The notes under the pieces were generated by a model, which saw nothing but the letters and a program-made list of their open reading frames with translations, was not told the DNA's origin and ran no database searches. A stretch of 64,000 nucleotides of DNA from an uncultured Legionellaceae bacterium (lineage in GTDB: Bacteria; Pseudomonadota; Gammaproteobacteria; Legionellales; Legionellaceae): assembly GCA_964572685.1 (NCBI GenBank), contig CAZNFJ010000001.1:7838-71837 (forward strand), given 5' to 3'. The first letter of the stretch is position 1; each line of letters starts with the position of its first letter. The position numbers and the translations under genes are program-made. Below are positions 8,294-19,007 of the stretch, in pieces.

Positions 8294-10583
8294 AATTGGC
8301 GATTTCTGAAGTTTCCAATAGATGATGATAAGATTGTGTTTCAATAATTTTTTCTCCATGTTTAAGAAGATATTGGACAATTTTAGCTTGTAGATCGATT
8401 GAAATGTAGGGGCAACTGATCAGCTGTCTAAATAAAAAGTTACATTGATGAACGCGCTCAATAGGAGAGGCCTTTATTATAATATCTCCAAGTTCAAATG
8501 TTAAATTGATATTGAGTGTTTGTAAAATAAAGGATATGAACATGCTTCTCAATACATGCAGGCCAGATGGAGGTAAAAAGTCAATCAAATTATTTTCTTT
8601 GAGTAGTGTGATGATGAGTATAATTTTATTGATTTGGTATGTGGTTTGATAGGGATTGAGTATCAGTAGAGCCATGTTCATTTTGATATGGTTTTCGAGT
8701 GGTAATACTTGATGAATTAATTGCGGATTTTGCTCATTGATGCGTATCAAATGGTCGAGTAATTTGATTTGCATATCATGATGAGTGTGCTGGTACATCG
8801 CAAAAATAATTTGAATTTTAAAATGAGGTAAAATATCTAGATCTGCCAATGTATTCAAATACACCAGATGGTTTTCCAAAGAATTTTGAAGTTGGAAAGA
8901 TGGATTGGTAAATAGCTGCTTTAAAAAAATTTTCATTTTTTGTTGGTGGGGCAGTTGCTTTTGGTTTCTATTATTTAAGTTGAAGAGTTTAAATAATAAA
9001 TTATAATCCTCAGTGCGAAGTTTATGTCGAAATAAATGAACCTTTTCAAGAAAGTTCAAGTTGTTGAGAATTTCATATAAATAATGACTTTGGATTCCCC
9101 GGTTCTTGATTAATAATCTGAGTGATGTGATTTTTAGTCGAAATGTATCGAGTTTATCATCTTTTTTAAAGTAAGTTATCTTTTTTTCGAGATTATCTAA
9201 CCACCAGTTCAGATATTTATCATGAACCTTGAATGAGTAAATATTTAATATAGCGGATGTCAATCTATTCAAATCAAGCCAACATAATATTTTCTTGAAT
9301 TGGCGCAGATTTAGTTTTAAAAACAAATGCTCATGTAGGGAAGAGTGTGGATTATTTTCATACAGCATTTGTAGAACAAGCAAATCAGAATCAAAATTAA
9401 TATCGCAAGACATTTCATATTGAGCATGTTTTAAATATTTTTTTATAAGGGGTTGGGGGTGATGTTGTAATTGAGAGAATAATTTTGATCTTTGATGATA
9501 ATCCTTATTCAGAGACAAAGGGTCGTATTGAAAATAGGAAAGTAAGATATTTAATGAAATAAATCCATGTAAAGCGGCCATTTCCATTCTATGCTCTGGA
9601 GTAAAAACGCCTTCTATCTCCATAGGATTGTAATTATTTTGATAATTTAAAGTGACTATATATTCTTCGTGTATATTAGAAATGATGGTTTCAGTTATTT
9701 GCAAACGTTCGATACAATCATAATGTGTTTGAAGACGTGCAGATGGAATAACGAGGTCATAAAGTGGATGGTTTTTGAGTGAGAGCAAAAATGCTAAATT
9801 GAGTACGGGTTTTTGAAGAGCGTCATGAATGAGTTGTAGCTTTTGCTCATTGGAAAGTAGAGATTCATTACTTAAAAATGCTTGAAAATGAACTTTGGAT
9901 GCAGAATAAAGATGATTATCTAAGCCTAGACTAAAAAAGAACTGTTTATATTCAAAGGGAATATCTGAATTGACAAAGCCCAATAACAATTGGTGTCGAT
10001 AAGTATGAATATATAGATTTTTGGTCAATAGAGATAGGAAAACAGTTTTTTCTAATAAATTTTTAAAATCAATTTCATTAAATGCGCGCCAAGTCAACCG
10101 AAATTCATTCTGACTGTATAAAGAAGCAAGCGTAAATAATATATCGGGTTTTTCATGAAGTTTAAGATTGGCTTCTAAAATTTGTATAATCCAGTGAATT
10201 TTAAGATCTAACTTTTTAAAACAATGGTCAAAATGAAGATAATTTTCGATAAAATATTTTTTTTCTTCTTCTCGATAAGGCGATCTTAAGAACTCAATCA
10301 CTCTGTGATAATTTCTAAATATGGGTTGATTGATAGAATATTGCTTTGCAAGAGACAATTGATGAAAAGGCAATGCGGCGTTTAAAGGCGACTTTAAGTA
10401 TTTTTGAAGATGTGCTGGGTGTGTCACTAAAATATGATGAATCAACTCTCTAAAATAGAATAACTCACGGGTATTGTTTTTTGCATTTTTATAAGCGACT
10501 AGCAATTTTTCAATATCTTGATAACTCAATAAATGCAAAGTCATAATTTGTAAATTTTTACATAATTCAAGTATGTTTATCAT
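8268..10583 (-). CDS. 771-aa orphan protein, all-helical by composition, no recognisable domain (candidate Dot/Icm substrate)
   Basis: Uninterrupted 2.3-kb ORF, Leu/Asn/His/Gln/Lys-rich, with no signal peptide or TM segment. Noticeably AT-richer than its neighbours: hand counts of two 60-nt lines gave about 30-32% GC, against about 45% in one thrS line. Confidence 0.7.
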   Translation of the reverse strand: MINILELCKNLQIMTLHLLSYQDIEKLLVAYKNAKNNTRELFYFRELIHHILVTHPAHLQKYLKSPLNAALPFHQLSLAKQYSINQPIFRNYHRVIEFLRSPYREEEKKYFIENYLHFDHCFKKLDLKIHWIIQILEANLKLHEKPDILFTLASLYSQNEFRLTWRAFNEIDFKNLLEKTVFLSLLTKNLYIHTYRHQLLLGFVNSDIPFEYKQFFFSLGLDNHLYSASKVHFQAFLSNESLLSNEQKLQLIHDALQKPVLNLAFLLSLKNHPLYDLVIPSARLQTHYDCIERLQITETIISNIHEEYIVTLNYQNNYNPMEIEGVFTPEHRMEMAALHGFISLNILLSYFQYDPLSLNKDYHQRSKLFSQLQHHPQPLIKKYLKHAQYEMSCDINFDSDLLVLQMLYENNPHSSLHEHLFLKLNLRQFKKILCWLDLNRLTSAILNIYSFKVHDKYLNWWLDNLEKKITYFKKDDKLDTFRLKITSLRLLIKNRGIQSHYLYEILNNLNFLEKVHLFRHKLRTEDYNLLFKLFNLNNRNQKQLPHQQKMKIFLKQLFTNPSFQLQNSLENHLVYLNTLADLDILPHFKIQIIFAMYQHTHHDMQIKLLDHLIRINEQNPQLIHQVLPLENHIKMNMALLILNPYQTTYQINKIILIITLLKENNLIDFLPPSGLHVLRSMFISFILQTLNINLTFELGDIIIKASPIERVHQCNFLFRQLISCPYISIDLQAKIVQYLLKHGEKIIETQSYHHLLETSEIANSNLNHRTI

Positions 10584-10655
10584 ATTAAGCCCACTTAGGT
10601 TGCAAATTAATCAATTATACAGATATTTTATAATAAAAAAAGTTTTTAATGGACC

Positions 10656-10683
10656 TTGACAAGGCTTTGTTGCATGCTAAACT
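10656..10683 (+). promoter_or_regulatory. Sigma70-type promoter for tRNA-Val
   Basis: TTGACA (10656-10661), 16-nt spacer, TAAACT (10678-10683). There is an A/T-rich UP-like tract upstream, and the mature tRNA 5' end lies 18 nt downstream. Confidence 0.45.
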
Positions 10684-10701
10684 AGCGACAGTTTGAATGA
10701 A

Positions 10702-10776
10702 AGGCACGTAGCTCAGTGGTAGAGCACCACCTTGACATGGTGGTGGTCGGTGGTTCGATCCCACTCGTGCCTACCA
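10702..10776 (+). tRNA. tRNA-Val (anticodon GAC)
   Basis: Hand-folded cloverleaf. The 7-bp acceptor stem AGGCACG/CGTGCCT is fully paired. D arm GCTC-AGTGGTA-GAGC, anticodon arm CCACC-TTGACAT-GGTGG, T arm GGTGG-TTCGATC-CCACT, with an encoded CCA. Confidence 0.95.
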
Positions 10777-10785
10777 TATTTGATT

Positions 10786-10811
10786 AGCCCCTGATTTTGG
10801 GGTTTTTTTTT
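10786..10811 (+). terminator. Weak rho-independent terminator after tRNA-Val
   Basis: Short GC stem (AG)CCCC-tgatttt-GGGG(TT) followed by a 9-T run. It lies inside the long track version of the thrS ORF, which argues for the downstream thrS start. Confidence 0.4.
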
Positions 10812-10838
10812 ATTCATCAAAGTCTAAAGGAAAATGCC

Positions 10839-12746
10839 GTGCTGAATTTGCGATTGCCTGATGGTCAAGTTCGTTTAATCGATCAACCCATGACGGTTAT
10901 TGACTTTGCTAAAACGATCAGTACAAGTCTTGCCAAAAGTGCAATAGCCGCTGAAATCAATGGAAAATTGGTTGATATGTCTTATCTTTTAAGCGAAGAT
11001 GCAGAGATTAAAATCATAACTGAAAAAGATGAAGCTGTATTAGAAGTGATTCGCCATTCAAGCGCACACTTGATGGCACAAGCGGTCAAGGCATTATTTC
11101 CCACCGCAAAAATGGCTATTGGACCTGTCATTGACGATGGATTTTATTATGACTTTGATTATGAGCGTTCTTTCACGCCGGAAGATTTACAAGTCATCGA
11201 AAAGAAAATGCAAGAGTTAGCAACAGCTAATTATGCTGTTGAACGGTTGACGATGACTCGTCGGGAAGCTTTGGATTTTTTTGAACAACAAAATGAAAGT
11301 TATAAAGTTGAGTTGATTTCGGCTCTTCCTGAAGGTGATACAATTAGCTTGTATCGTCAAGGTGATTTTGTGGACTTATGTCGTGGACCACATGTTCCTT
11401 CTACCGGCCGTATAAAAGCAGTTAAATTAATGAAATTAGCCGGCGCATATTGGCGTGGTGATGTTAATAACCCGATGCTGCAAAGAATTTATGGTACGGC
11501 ATGGGCCAATAAAGAGGCCTTGAACGCCTATTTACATCGATTAGAAGAATCAGAAAAAAGAGATCATCGCAAATTAGGGCGCGCTTTGGATTTGTTTCAC
11601 TTTCAAGATATTGCGCCTGGTATGGTGTTTTGGCACCCCAAGGGTTGGACACTATATCAAATTTTAGAACAATATATGCGGAATCGTTTAAAAGACTACG
11701 GTTATCAAGAAATTCGAACGCCACAAGTTGTCGATCGCGTATTATGGGAACAATCTGGGCATTGGCAGAATTTTCGTGAAGAAATGTTTATCACTGAAAC
11801 TGAAAATCGTCATTACGCAATCAAACCCATGAATTGTCCTTGTCATGTGCAGGTTTTTAATCAAGGAATTAAAAGTTATCGTGATTTGCCAATTCGTTTT
11901 TCAGAGTTTGGCAACTGTCACCGTTGTGAACCAAGTGGTTCTTTGCATGGGTTAATGCGCGTGCGTAACATGGTTCAAGACGATGCTCATATTTTTTGTA
12001 CTGAAGAGCAAATTCAAAGTGAAGTTAGTCATATGTTGTCTTTATTGCAATCGGTATATAAAGACTTTGGTTTTGAGAACATGTTTTATCGTTTAGCTTT
12101 GCGTCCAGAAAAACGAGTTGGCGATGATGAAACTTGGGATAAAGCCGAATATGCATTGGCCCAAGCCATGCGTGAACATGGTATGCAATGGGTTGATGCT
12201 CCTGGAGAGGGAGCTTTCTATGGTCCTAAGATAGAGTTTACTTTATCAGATTGTTTGGGACGTAAATGGCAGTGTGGTACCATTCAGGTTGATTTTTCGA
12301 TGCCGGTACGTTTAAGTGCAGAATATGTCGCTGAAGATGGCCAAAAACATCATCCGGTGATGCTGCACAGAGCAATATTGGGTTCTTTTGAGCGTTTTAT
12401 TGGAGTTCTGATAGAACATTACGCAGGAAAGTTTCCAACATGGTTGGCTCCTATTCAAGTGATGGTGATGCCGATTAGTGAAAAACATAATAATTATGTG
12501 CAAAATGTTGTCGAACATTTGCAAAATTTAGGATTTAGGGTACAATTTGACTTGAGAAATGAAAAAATTGGATTTAAAATTCGCGAACATACTTTGCAGA
12601 AGATTCCATTTTTTATCATTCTTGGTGACCAAGAATATCAGCAGAAAGAAATCAGAGTGCGTTCTTTAGATGGTACAGATTTAGGTGCTATGAGTATTGA
12701 TGGCTTTGCTGAATTTTTGCAGGAAAAAATTAATCAAAAAAATTAA
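10839..12746 (+). CDS. thrS: Threonine--tRNA ligase
   Basis: TGS, editing and class-II core motifs are recognisable ([32 protein letters not shown]..). Start moved to GTG 10839 ([17 protein letters not shown] 8 nt upstream) because the track start lies in the tRNA terminator T-run. Confidence 0.95.
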   Translation: MLNLRLPDGQVRLIDQPMTVIDFAKTISTSLAKSAIAAEINGKLVDMSYLLSEDAEIKIITEKDEAVLEVIRHSSAHLMAQAVKALFPTAKMAIGPVIDDGFYYDFDYERSFTPEDLQVIEKKMQELATANYAVERLTMTRREALDFFEQQNESYKVELISALPEGDTISLYRQGDFVDLCRGPHVPSTGRIKAVKLMKLAGAYWRGDVNNPMLQRIYGTAWANKEALNAYLHRLEESEKRDHRKLGRALDLFHFQDIAPGMVFWHPKGWTLYQILEQYMRNRLKDYGYQEIRTPQVVDRVLWEQSGHWQNFREEMFITETENRHYAIKPMNCPCHVQVFNQGIKSYRDLPIRFSEFGNCHRCEPSGSLHGLMRVRNMVQDDAHIFCTEEQIQSEVSHMLSLLQSVYKDFGFENMFYRLALRPEKRVGDDETWDKAEYALAQAMREHGMQWVDAPGEGAFYGPKIEFTLSDCLGRKWQCGTIQVDFSMPVRLSAEYVAEDGQKHHPVMLHRAILGSFERFIGVLIEHYAGKFPTWLAPIQVMVMPISEKHNNYVQNVVEHLQNLGFRVQFDLRNEKIGFKIREHTLQKIPFFIILGDQEYQQKEIRVRSLDGTDLGAMSIDGFAEFLQEKINQKN

Positions 12747-12761
12747 CAGGAGGGCATAGAT

Positions 12762-13295
12762 ATTTGCGCATCTATGAAGCGTGACAATGATAGGGCACGC
12801 ATTAATCACCAGATTACTATACCAGAAGTGCGTCTAATTGATGCAGAGGGTGAACAAGTTGGTATTGTTTCAACAAGAGAAGCATTACGAGCGGCAGAGG
12901 AAAGTGGGTTGGATTTAGTTGAAATTTCCCCTACTGCCAAACCGCCTGTATGTCGTATCATGGACTATGGTAAATTTTTGTTTGAGGTTAGTAAAAAACA
13001 AGCAGAAGCCAAAAAGAAACAGAAACAAATTCAAGTGAAAGAGTTGAAGTTTCGTCCTACGACTGAAGAAGGGGATTATCAGGTAAAACTACGCAACCTG
13101 GTCCGTTTCCTAGAGCACGGTGATAAAGTTAAAATTACGCTGCGATTTCGTGGTCGCGAAGTAGCGCATCAAGATTTGGGTATGAAAATTCTTGAGCGTT
13201 TGCAACAAGATACAGCGGAATTTGGAATTGTCGAGCAACAAGCTAAGCGTGAAGGTCGACAGTTATTGATGGTTTTATCGCCGAAAAAGAAATAA
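12762..13295 (+). CDS. infC: Translation initiation factor IF-3
   Basis: IF-3 N- and C-domain sequence ([26 protein letters not shown]..; [17 protein letters not shown]). Proposed ATT start at 12762, 8 nt after GGAGG (12749-12753). The first in-frame ATG is at 12774. Confidence 0.9.
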   Translation: MCASMKRDNDRARINHQITIPEVRLIDAEGEQVGIVSTREALRAAEESGLDLVEISPTAKPPVCRIMDYGKFLFEVSKKQAEAKKKQKQIQVKELKFRPTTEEGDYQVKLRNLVRFLEHGDKVKITLRFRGREVAHQDLGMKILERLQQDTAEFGIVEQQAKREGRQLLMVLSPKKK

Positions 13296-13325
13296 TTGTC
13301 ATTTAACAATGCGGAGTGTATTTGT

Positions 13326-13526
13326 ATGCCAAAATTAAAATCTCATCGAGGCGCTTGTAAGCGTTTTCGTAAAACAGCTAGTGGGGCCATTAAACGCAAA
13401 GGCGCTTATCGTAACCACATTCTTACCAAAAAAGCAACGAAGGCAAAACGTCATTTAAGAACTGATTGCACACATTTGAAACCTTGTGATGCTAAGTTGG
13501 CGGCTCGTATGTTGAATGGTGGTTAG
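13326..13526 (+). CDS. rpmI: 50S ribosomal protein L35
   Basis: [20 protein letters not shown]... is a typical L35. The track ORF is N-terminally over-extended. Confidence 0.95.
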   Translation: MPKLKSHRGACKRFRKTASGAIKRKGAYRNHILTKKATKAKRHLRTDCTHLKPCDAKLAARMLNGG

Positions 13527-13540
13527 AGAGGAGTATTGCA

Positions 13541-13900
13541 ATGCCTAGAGTTAAACGTGGTGTGACCGCCAAAGCGCGTCATAAAAAAATATTGAGTCAA
13601 GCGAAAGGTTATTACGGCGCTCGTAGTCGTACCTATCGTGTTGCGAAACAAGCCGTGATCAAAGCAGGCCAATATGCCTATCGTGATCGTCGTCAGAAAA
13701 AACGTCAATTTCGTGCTTTATGGATTGTGCGTATCAATGCAGAAGCGAGAGCATGTGGCTTAAGTTATAGTCAATTGATGAATGGTTTGAAAAAAGCCGC
13801 AATCGAATTAGATAGAAAAGTATTAGCTGATCTAGCTGTTCATGATAAAGCAGCATTTGCTCAAGTGGTTGAACAGGCGAGAGCTGCATTGGCCAGTTGA
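13541..13900 (+). CDS. rplT: 50S ribosomal protein L20
   Basis: [18 protein letters not shown]...[18 protein letters not shown] is canonical L20. Confidence 0.95.
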   Translation: MPRVKRGVTAKARHKKILSQAKGYYGARSRTYRVAKQAVIKAGQYAYRDRRQKKRQFRALWIVRINAEARACGLSYSQLMNGLKKAAIELDRKVLADLAVHDKAAFAQVVEQARAALAS

Positions 13901-13933
13901 TCGATAAAGTAAAACTTTTGGTTTTCACTTTTT

Positions 13934-13960
13934 AAGGAGGCGCTGGCCTCCTTATTTTTT
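13934..13960 (+). terminator. Rho-independent terminator / possible pheST attenuator
   Basis: Perfect 8-bp stem AAGGAGGC-gctg-GCCTCCTT followed by ATTTTTT, 14 nt before the pheS ATG. Confidence 0.6.
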
Positions 13961-13974
13961 AAAGAGCATTTCTT

Positions 13975-14988
13975 ATGGCGCAAAGTATAGAAGAATTACA
14001 AAATCAGGCGTGTCAGGAGATTGATACAGCCTCTCATCCAAAAGATCTCGAGCACATTCGCATTCACTATCTTGGAAAAAAGGGACGTTTGACGGAAGTG
14101 ATGAAAAGCTTGTCCAATTTGTCTGCAAGTGAGAAGCCTAAATTAGGTCAATTGGTCAATGTTGCCAAAACCGTGATTCAAGAACGTCTAGATTCCAGGG
14201 GCCTAATTCTTCAAGAACAAGTTCTTCAAGAACAGATTCTAGCCCAAACTATTGATGTGACTCTTTCAGGTCGTGTCTGTCCTGTGGGACATTTACACCC
14301 GGTCACTCAAACGAAAAATCGCTTGGCTGATTTTTTCTTGAAATTGGGATTTGACTTGATGACAGGTTCTGAAATTGAAACTGATTTTAATAATTTTACC
14401 GCATTAAATATTCCCGAACATCATCCCGCTCGCGCGATGCATGATACTTTCTATGTGGCGCCAGGACATCTATTAAGAACACATACCTCGCCTGTACAAA
14501 TTGGTGCTTTAAAACAAGGCGTTCCTGTTCGAGTGATTGCGCCGGGTCGTGTATTCCGTCATGACTCTGATGTGACGCATACGCCGATGTTTCATCAACT
14601 TGAAGGTTTGATGATCGATAAAACATCGCATCTAGCTCATTTGAAATATATTTTACAACAAGCGTTTTCTTATTTTTTTGAAAAAGAAATCCAATTTCGC
14701 TTTCGACCATCTTATTTTCCTTTTACCGAACCATCTGCAGAAATGGATATGACTTGTCATCAATGTGAAGGCAAGGGCTGTCGTCTGTGCAAGCATACTG
14801 GATGGATTGAAATTGGTGGTTGTGGCATGGTGCATCCGAATGTTTTAGATGCAGCAGGCGTAGATTCCAACCAATACCAGGGCTGGGCCTTTGGTATCGG
14901 ATTAGATCGTTTAGCCATGCTTGCTTATGGTATTGACGATTTACGCATGATGTTTGAAAACGATGTCATGTTTTTGCAACAGTTTTAG
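13975..14988 (+). CDS. pheS: Phenylalanine--tRNA ligase alpha subunit
   Basis: Class-II motifs ([43 protein letters not shown]). Confidence 0.95.
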   Translation: MAQSIEELQNQACQEIDTASHPKDLEHIRIHYLGKKGRLTEVMKSLSNLSASEKPKLGQLVNVAKTVIQERLDSRGLILQEQVLQEQILAQTIDVTLSGRVCPVGHLHPVTQTKNRLADFFLKLGFDLMTGSEIETDFNNFTALNIPEHHPARAMHDTFYVAPGHLLRTHTSPVQIGALKQGVPVRVIAPGRVFRHDSDVTHTPMFHQLEGLMIDKTSHLAHLKYILQQAFSYFFEKEIQFRFRPSYFPFTEPSAEMDMTCHQCEGKGCRLCKHTGWIEIGGCGMVHPNVLDAAGVDSNQYQGWAFGIGLDRLAMLAYGIDDLRMMFENDVMFLQQF

Positions 14989-14999
14989 GAGTGCCGTTG

Positions 15000-17381
15000 A
15001 TGAAAGTATGTGAATCATGGTTATATCGTTGGACACAACCGAATTTATCACATGAGCAAATGGTTGAACGTTTTACCATGGCTGGATTAGAGGTTGATGC
15101 TTGTGAAATGGCTGCTCCTGAATTTGAAAATGTTGTGGTTGCGGAAGTTATTGAAACCAGAAAACATCCAGAAGCGGACAAATTAACCATTTGTCAGGTG
15201 GATAATGGCGAAGCTATCGTTCAAATTGTATGCGGTGCTTCGAATGTTCGCGAGGGTTTAAAAGTCGCTTTGGCCAAATCAGGTGCAAAATTACCTGGGG
15301 GTGTGAACATTGGCCAAGCTAAATTGCGTGGTGAACCCTCTTTTGGAATGTTATGTTCTGCTGTAGAACTGGGGTGTGCCGATACGTCTGATGGCATTTG
15401 GGAATTACCAAAAGATGCGCCAGTTGGTAAAGATTTTAGAGACTATTTGTCTCTTAATGAACGTATATTTTCTTTTGAATTGACACCTAATCGCGGAGAT
15501 TGTTTTAGTGCACTTGGTCTAGCTCGTGAATTGGCAGCACTTTCAAATACCCCTTTTATAAGCAGACAGATTTCGGCTGTTACACCTCAGCATGATGAAA
15601 CTTTATCAATAAAAGTCGAAGATCACTCTTTTTGTCCACGTTATACAGGACGCATGATTAAAGGCATACAACCGCATATTTTATCACCCCTGTGGTTAAG
15701 AGAATCTTTAAGACGATTAGGTTTGCGAACTATTCATCCTGTAGTTGATGTGCTGAATTATGTGATGTATGAGTTGGGTATGCCGATGCACGCTTTTGAT
15801 TTACATAAAATCAAGCGCGAAATAGTTGTTCGTCGTGCCGGTGAACAAGAAAACATGACCTTGCTCAATGATAAAAAAGTGAATTTAGAGTGTGGAACTC
15901 CCTTGATTACCGATGGTCAACATCCTATAGCTATTGCCGGTGTCATGGGGTCCTTAGAGTCGGCAGTTGATGGCGATACCATTGATATTTTCATTGAAAG
16001 TGCATATTTTAATCCGATTGCCATGGCTGGTATTGCAAGACGTTATGGTCTATCAACCGATGCGTCTATGCGTTATGAGCGAGGCGTTGACCCAAATTTG
16101 CCAATTGATGCTTTAGAAATCGCGACTCAAATGATTTTGGACCTTGTTGGCGGTCAAGCAGGACCTGTTCAAGTGATTGAAGATATCAATCATTTACCAA
16201 AACATCAGAAGGTGAATTTCTCTCCAGATTTATTTGTTCGTCGTACAGGCATCGTATTATCTCATGAAGAGATAAAAGCAATGCTTTCACGCTTGCATTT
16301 TGAAATACAAGAGCAGGATAAGTCATGGCAGGTCGCTGTGCCGAGTTATCGTTTTGATATTACTCGAGATGTCGATTTGGTTGAAGAAATTCTTAGAATT
16401 TTTGGGTATGATAATATTCCACCTATTGTACTTGAGGGAGAATTAAAATCTGGTCGAATGGATGCTCTAGAACTAAAAAGTCGTCAGTTTAGCCAAGTGC
16501 TGTGTCAATTGGGTTACCATGAAGCCATCAGTTATGCGTTTGTTGATGCAAAACTTCAAAAAATGCTTTATTCCCATGAAGATGGTATCAATTTAATCAA
16601 TCCTATTTCTCCAGAATTAGCGCAAATGCGCATAGGACTTTGGCCGGGACTTTTACAAGCTTTAAAACATAATGTTTATCGGCAGCAACAATCTTTACAA
16701 TTGTTTGAAACAGGCGTTACTTTCAAAGGATTGGCTCAAGAAAGTGTTGAAGAGGTTTGCATGGCTGGATTATTGTATGGTGATGCAAAAGCGATGAATT
16801 GGTGTTCCCATGATCATGTTTATGATTTCTTTGATGCCAAGGGGCATGTTGAGCATTTATTTAAACAAGATTATGGTTATCGAATTCAGTTTAAAGCAAA
16901 AGCGCATGATGCTTTGCATCCTGGTCAATCTGCTGAAATTTCCATTGATGGCGTTTCTTGCGGTTGGATAGGTACGTTGCATCCTAAGATCCAGCAAGAA
17001 CTGGATTTGCCTTTTGCAGTTATTTTATGGGAGGTGAATTTGTCATCATTACCTAAAGTCCATGATAAAAAGTATCAATCAATTTCTAAGTTTCCACAAA
17101 CCAGAAGAGATATTTCATTTGTGGTTGCAAAATCAGTTCCAGTGCGTGATATCCTAGAGGCTATTCGAAAAGTTCTTCCTTGTGATATATTAAAAGGATT
17201 ACAGGTATTTGATGTTTACGAAGGACCTGAAATAGCGCCTTCACATGTAAGCCTGGCACTGGCTTGTATTTTCCAGGATACGGAAAAAACCTTAGTAGAA
17301 GAAGACATTATGGCTTTTCAGGAGGCTATATTAAATGTGTTGCATAAGGAATTTCATATTAAATTAAGGGATGGACAATGA
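15000..17381 (+). CDS. pheT: Phenylalanine--tRNA ligase beta subunit
   Basis: [11 protein letters not shown]... N-terminus, with tRNA-binding, B3/4, B5 and FDX-ACB regions recognisable. ATG 15000 lies 8 nt after AGGAG. Confidence 0.95.
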   Translation: MKVCESWLYRWTQPNLSHEQMVERFTMAGLEVDACEMAAPEFENVVVAEVIETRKHPEADKLTICQVDNGEAIVQIVCGASNVREGLKVALAKSGAKLPGGVNIGQAKLRGEPSFGMLCSAVELGCADTSDGIWELPKDAPVGKDFRDYLSLNERIFSFELTPNRGDCFSALGLARELAALSNTPFISRQISAVTPQHDETLSIKVEDHSFCPRYTGRMIKGIQPHILSPLWLRESLRRLGLRTIHPVVDVLNYVMYELGMPMHAFDLHKIKREIVVRRAGEQENMTLLNDKKVNLECGTPLITDGQHPIAIAGVMGSLESAVDGDTIDIFIESAYFNPIAMAGIARRYGLSTDASMRYERGVDPNLPIDALEIATQMILDLVGGQAGPVQVIEDINHLPKHQKVNFSPDLFVRRTGIVLSHEEIKAMLSRLHFEIQEQDKSWQVAVPSYRFDITRDVDLVEEILRIFGYDNIPPIVLEGELKSGRMDALELKSRQFSQVLCQLGYHEAISYAFVDAKLQKMLYSHEDGINLINPISPELAQMRIGLWPGLLQALKHNVYRQQQSLQLFETGVTFKGLAQESVEEVCMAGLLYGDAKAMNWCSHDHVYDFFDAKGHVEHLFKQDYGYRIQFKAKAHDALHPGQSAEISIDGVSCGWIGTLHPKIQQELDLPFAVILWEVNLSSLPKVHDKKYQSISKFPQTRRDISFVVAKSVPVRDILEAIRKVLPCDILKGLQVFDVYEGPEIAPSHVSLALACIFQDTEKTLVEEDIMAFQEAILNVLHKEFHIKLRDGQ

Positions 17382-17674
17382 GTGCGCTGAGCAAAGCAAA
17401 TATTATTGATAAACTTATGGATGGGTTACACTTAAGCAAGCAGGATGCGCGTGCTTTGGTTGAGGGTTTTTTTGATGGTATTCGCGATAAGTTATTGGTC
17501 GGTGAACATGTCAAACTCTCAGGTTTTGGTAATTTTGTTTTGCGCGATAAATGCTCAAGACCTGGGCGGAATCCCAAAACGGGTGAGGAGATTTCTGTAT
17601 CTGCTCGACGTGTTGTGACTTTTCGACCGGGTATGAAGTTAAAAGAAAAAGTTCAATCACGAACCCATCGATAA
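17378..17674 (+). CDS. ihfA: Integration host factor alpha subunit
   Basis: HU/IHF fold sequence ([37 protein letters not shown]) in the classic pheST-ihfA arrangement. Confidence 0.9.
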   Translation: MSALSKANIIDKLMDGLHLSKQDARALVEGFFDGIRDKLLVGEHVKLSGFGNFVLRDKCSRPGRNPKTGEEISVSARRVVTFRPGMKLKEKVQSRTHR

Positions 17675-17684
17675 GGTTATCAAG

Positions 17685-18002
17685 ATGTATTATGAAAAGC
17701 ATGTTTTTGTTTGTACCAACCAAAAACCAGATGGAAAAAAGTGTTGTGCGAATGCCAATAGCCAGGAAATTGCCAGTTATTTGAAAGAAAAAATTCAGGA
17801 AATTGGCTGTTGGGGGCCAGGAAAATGGCGTGTTAGTACCTCTGGATGCTTAGGAAGATGTCAAAAAGGGCCTTGCCTACTAGTATATCCTGATAATATA
17901 TGGTATCGTATTGAAAATTTTAAAGATGCTGATAAAATATTGCATCAACATCTGCAAATGGGGCAACCCGTTAAAAAATTGCAAATTTTAGAAGAAATTT
18001 AG
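17685..18002 (+). CDS. Thioredoxin-like [2Fe-2S] ferredoxin-domain protein
   Basis: 105 aa with Cys pattern VFVCTNQK..KCC....SGCLGRCQKGPCLLVYP. Confidence 0.7.
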   Translation: MYYEKHVFVCTNQKPDGKKCCANANSQEIASYLKEKIQEIGCWGPGKWRVSTSGCLGRCQKGPCLLVYPDNIWYRIENFKDADKILHQHLQMGQPVKKLQILEEI

Positions 18003-18091
18003 GTGAAACCTCTTGTTTCTAAGTTCTCATTTGGTTAGAATTTTGCGTTCTTCAATTGAATCAAAGATTCTGGCGGTACGGAGTAAATGAC

Positions 18092-18532
18092 ATGAAAACA
18101 TTTAGTGCCAAATCACATGAAGTGCAACGTGATTGGTATATCATTGATGCCACAGATAAGGTATTAGGGCGACTTGCCGCTGAAATTGCTCATCGTTTAC
18201 GCGGTAAACACAAAGCAGAATATACCCCACATGTGGACACAGGTGATTATATTGTTGTTACAAACGCTGAAAAAGTAAAAGTCACTGGTCACAAGCACCA
18301 GGACAAAATGTACTACCATCACACTGGTTTTCCTGGTGGGATTAAGTCCATTAACTTTGCAAAGCTGCAGTTGGAAAACCCAACTAAAATTATTGAGCGC
18401 GCAGTTAAAGGTATGTTACCCAAAAATCCTTTGGGTCGCGAGATGTACCGTAAACTTAAAGTGTATGCAGGTTCAGAGCACCCACATGTAGCGCAACAAC
18501 CTAAGACATTGGATTTAGAAGGTAAAGCATGA
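18092..18532 (+). CDS. rplM: 50S ribosomal protein L13
   Basis: [20 protein letters not shown]... matches the canonical L13 N-terminus. The track ORF is over-extended. Confidence 0.95.
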   Translation: MKTFSAKSHEVQRDWYIIDATDKVLGRLAAEIAHRLRGKHKAEYTPHVDTGDYIVVTNAEKVKVTGHKHQDKMYYHHTGFPGGIKSINFAKLQLENPTKIIERAVKGMLPKNPLGREMYRKLKVYAGSEHPHVAQQPKTLDLEGKA

Positions 18533-18963
18533 AATCTCAAATGACTCAATTCTACGGCACAGGTCGTCGAAAAAATTCATCAGCTCGAGTATTCTTGCGA
18601 CCCGGGTCTGGTAACATTGTTATCAACTCACGTCCCATCAATGAATACTTCGTTAGAGAAACTGATTGTATGATCATTAGACAGCCTTTAGAGGTTGTTG
18701 ATATGTTAAGCAAATTCGATATTCTTGCGACCGTTACTGGTGGTGGTATGTCTGGACAAGCAGGTGCGGTTCGTTTAGGTATTGCACGTGCATTGGTTGC
18801 TTATGATGAAGACGGTATGGCTGAAGATTCAGAACCATCTGAAACCAGTTTCCGTAAAAAATTACGTCGAGAACAATTATTGACTCGTGATGCACGTCGT
18901 GTAGAACGTAAAAAAGTTGGTCTTCGTAAAGCTCGTCGAGCAACTCAGTTCTCTAAACGTTAA
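18529..18963 (+). CDS. rpsI: 30S ribosomal protein S9 (with acidic insertion)
   Basis: [18 protein letters not shown] ... [30 protein letters not shown] start/stop coupling with rplM. Confidence 0.95.
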   Translation: MKSQMTQFYGTGRRKNSSARVFLRPGSGNIVINSRPINEYFVRETDCMIIRQPLEVVDMLSKFDILATVTGGGMSGQAGAVRLGIARALVAYDEDGMAEDSEPSETSFRKKLRREQLLTRDARRVERKKVGLRKARRATQFSKR

Positions 18964-18982
18964 GATTCAAGTCTTTTCGAGA

Positions 18983-19007
18983 AGCCCTGTTTATCAGGGC
19001 TTTTTTT
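18983..19007 (+). terminator. Rho-independent terminator of rplM-rpsI
   Basis: AGCCCTG-tttat-CAGGGCT followed by a T-run. Confidence 0.7.

Noticed and set aside
10581-10590. CTTAATAT (minus strand), resembling a PmrA half-site, at the 771-aa ORF
   Set aside because: It overlaps the start codon itself rather than lying upstream of a -10 element, and there is no second half-site at the required spacing.
10797-10838. N-terminal extension of thrS given by the track ([14 protein letters not shown])
   Set aside because: The extension is encoded by the terminator T-run following tRNA-Val. GTG 10839 with an upstream AAGGA gives the canonical ThrS N-terminus. Similar over-extensions were trimmed for rpmI, pheT, rplM, petC, miaA, rsmD, ssb, coaBC, the SDR gene, the HEAT gene, the first OMP and the thioesterase.
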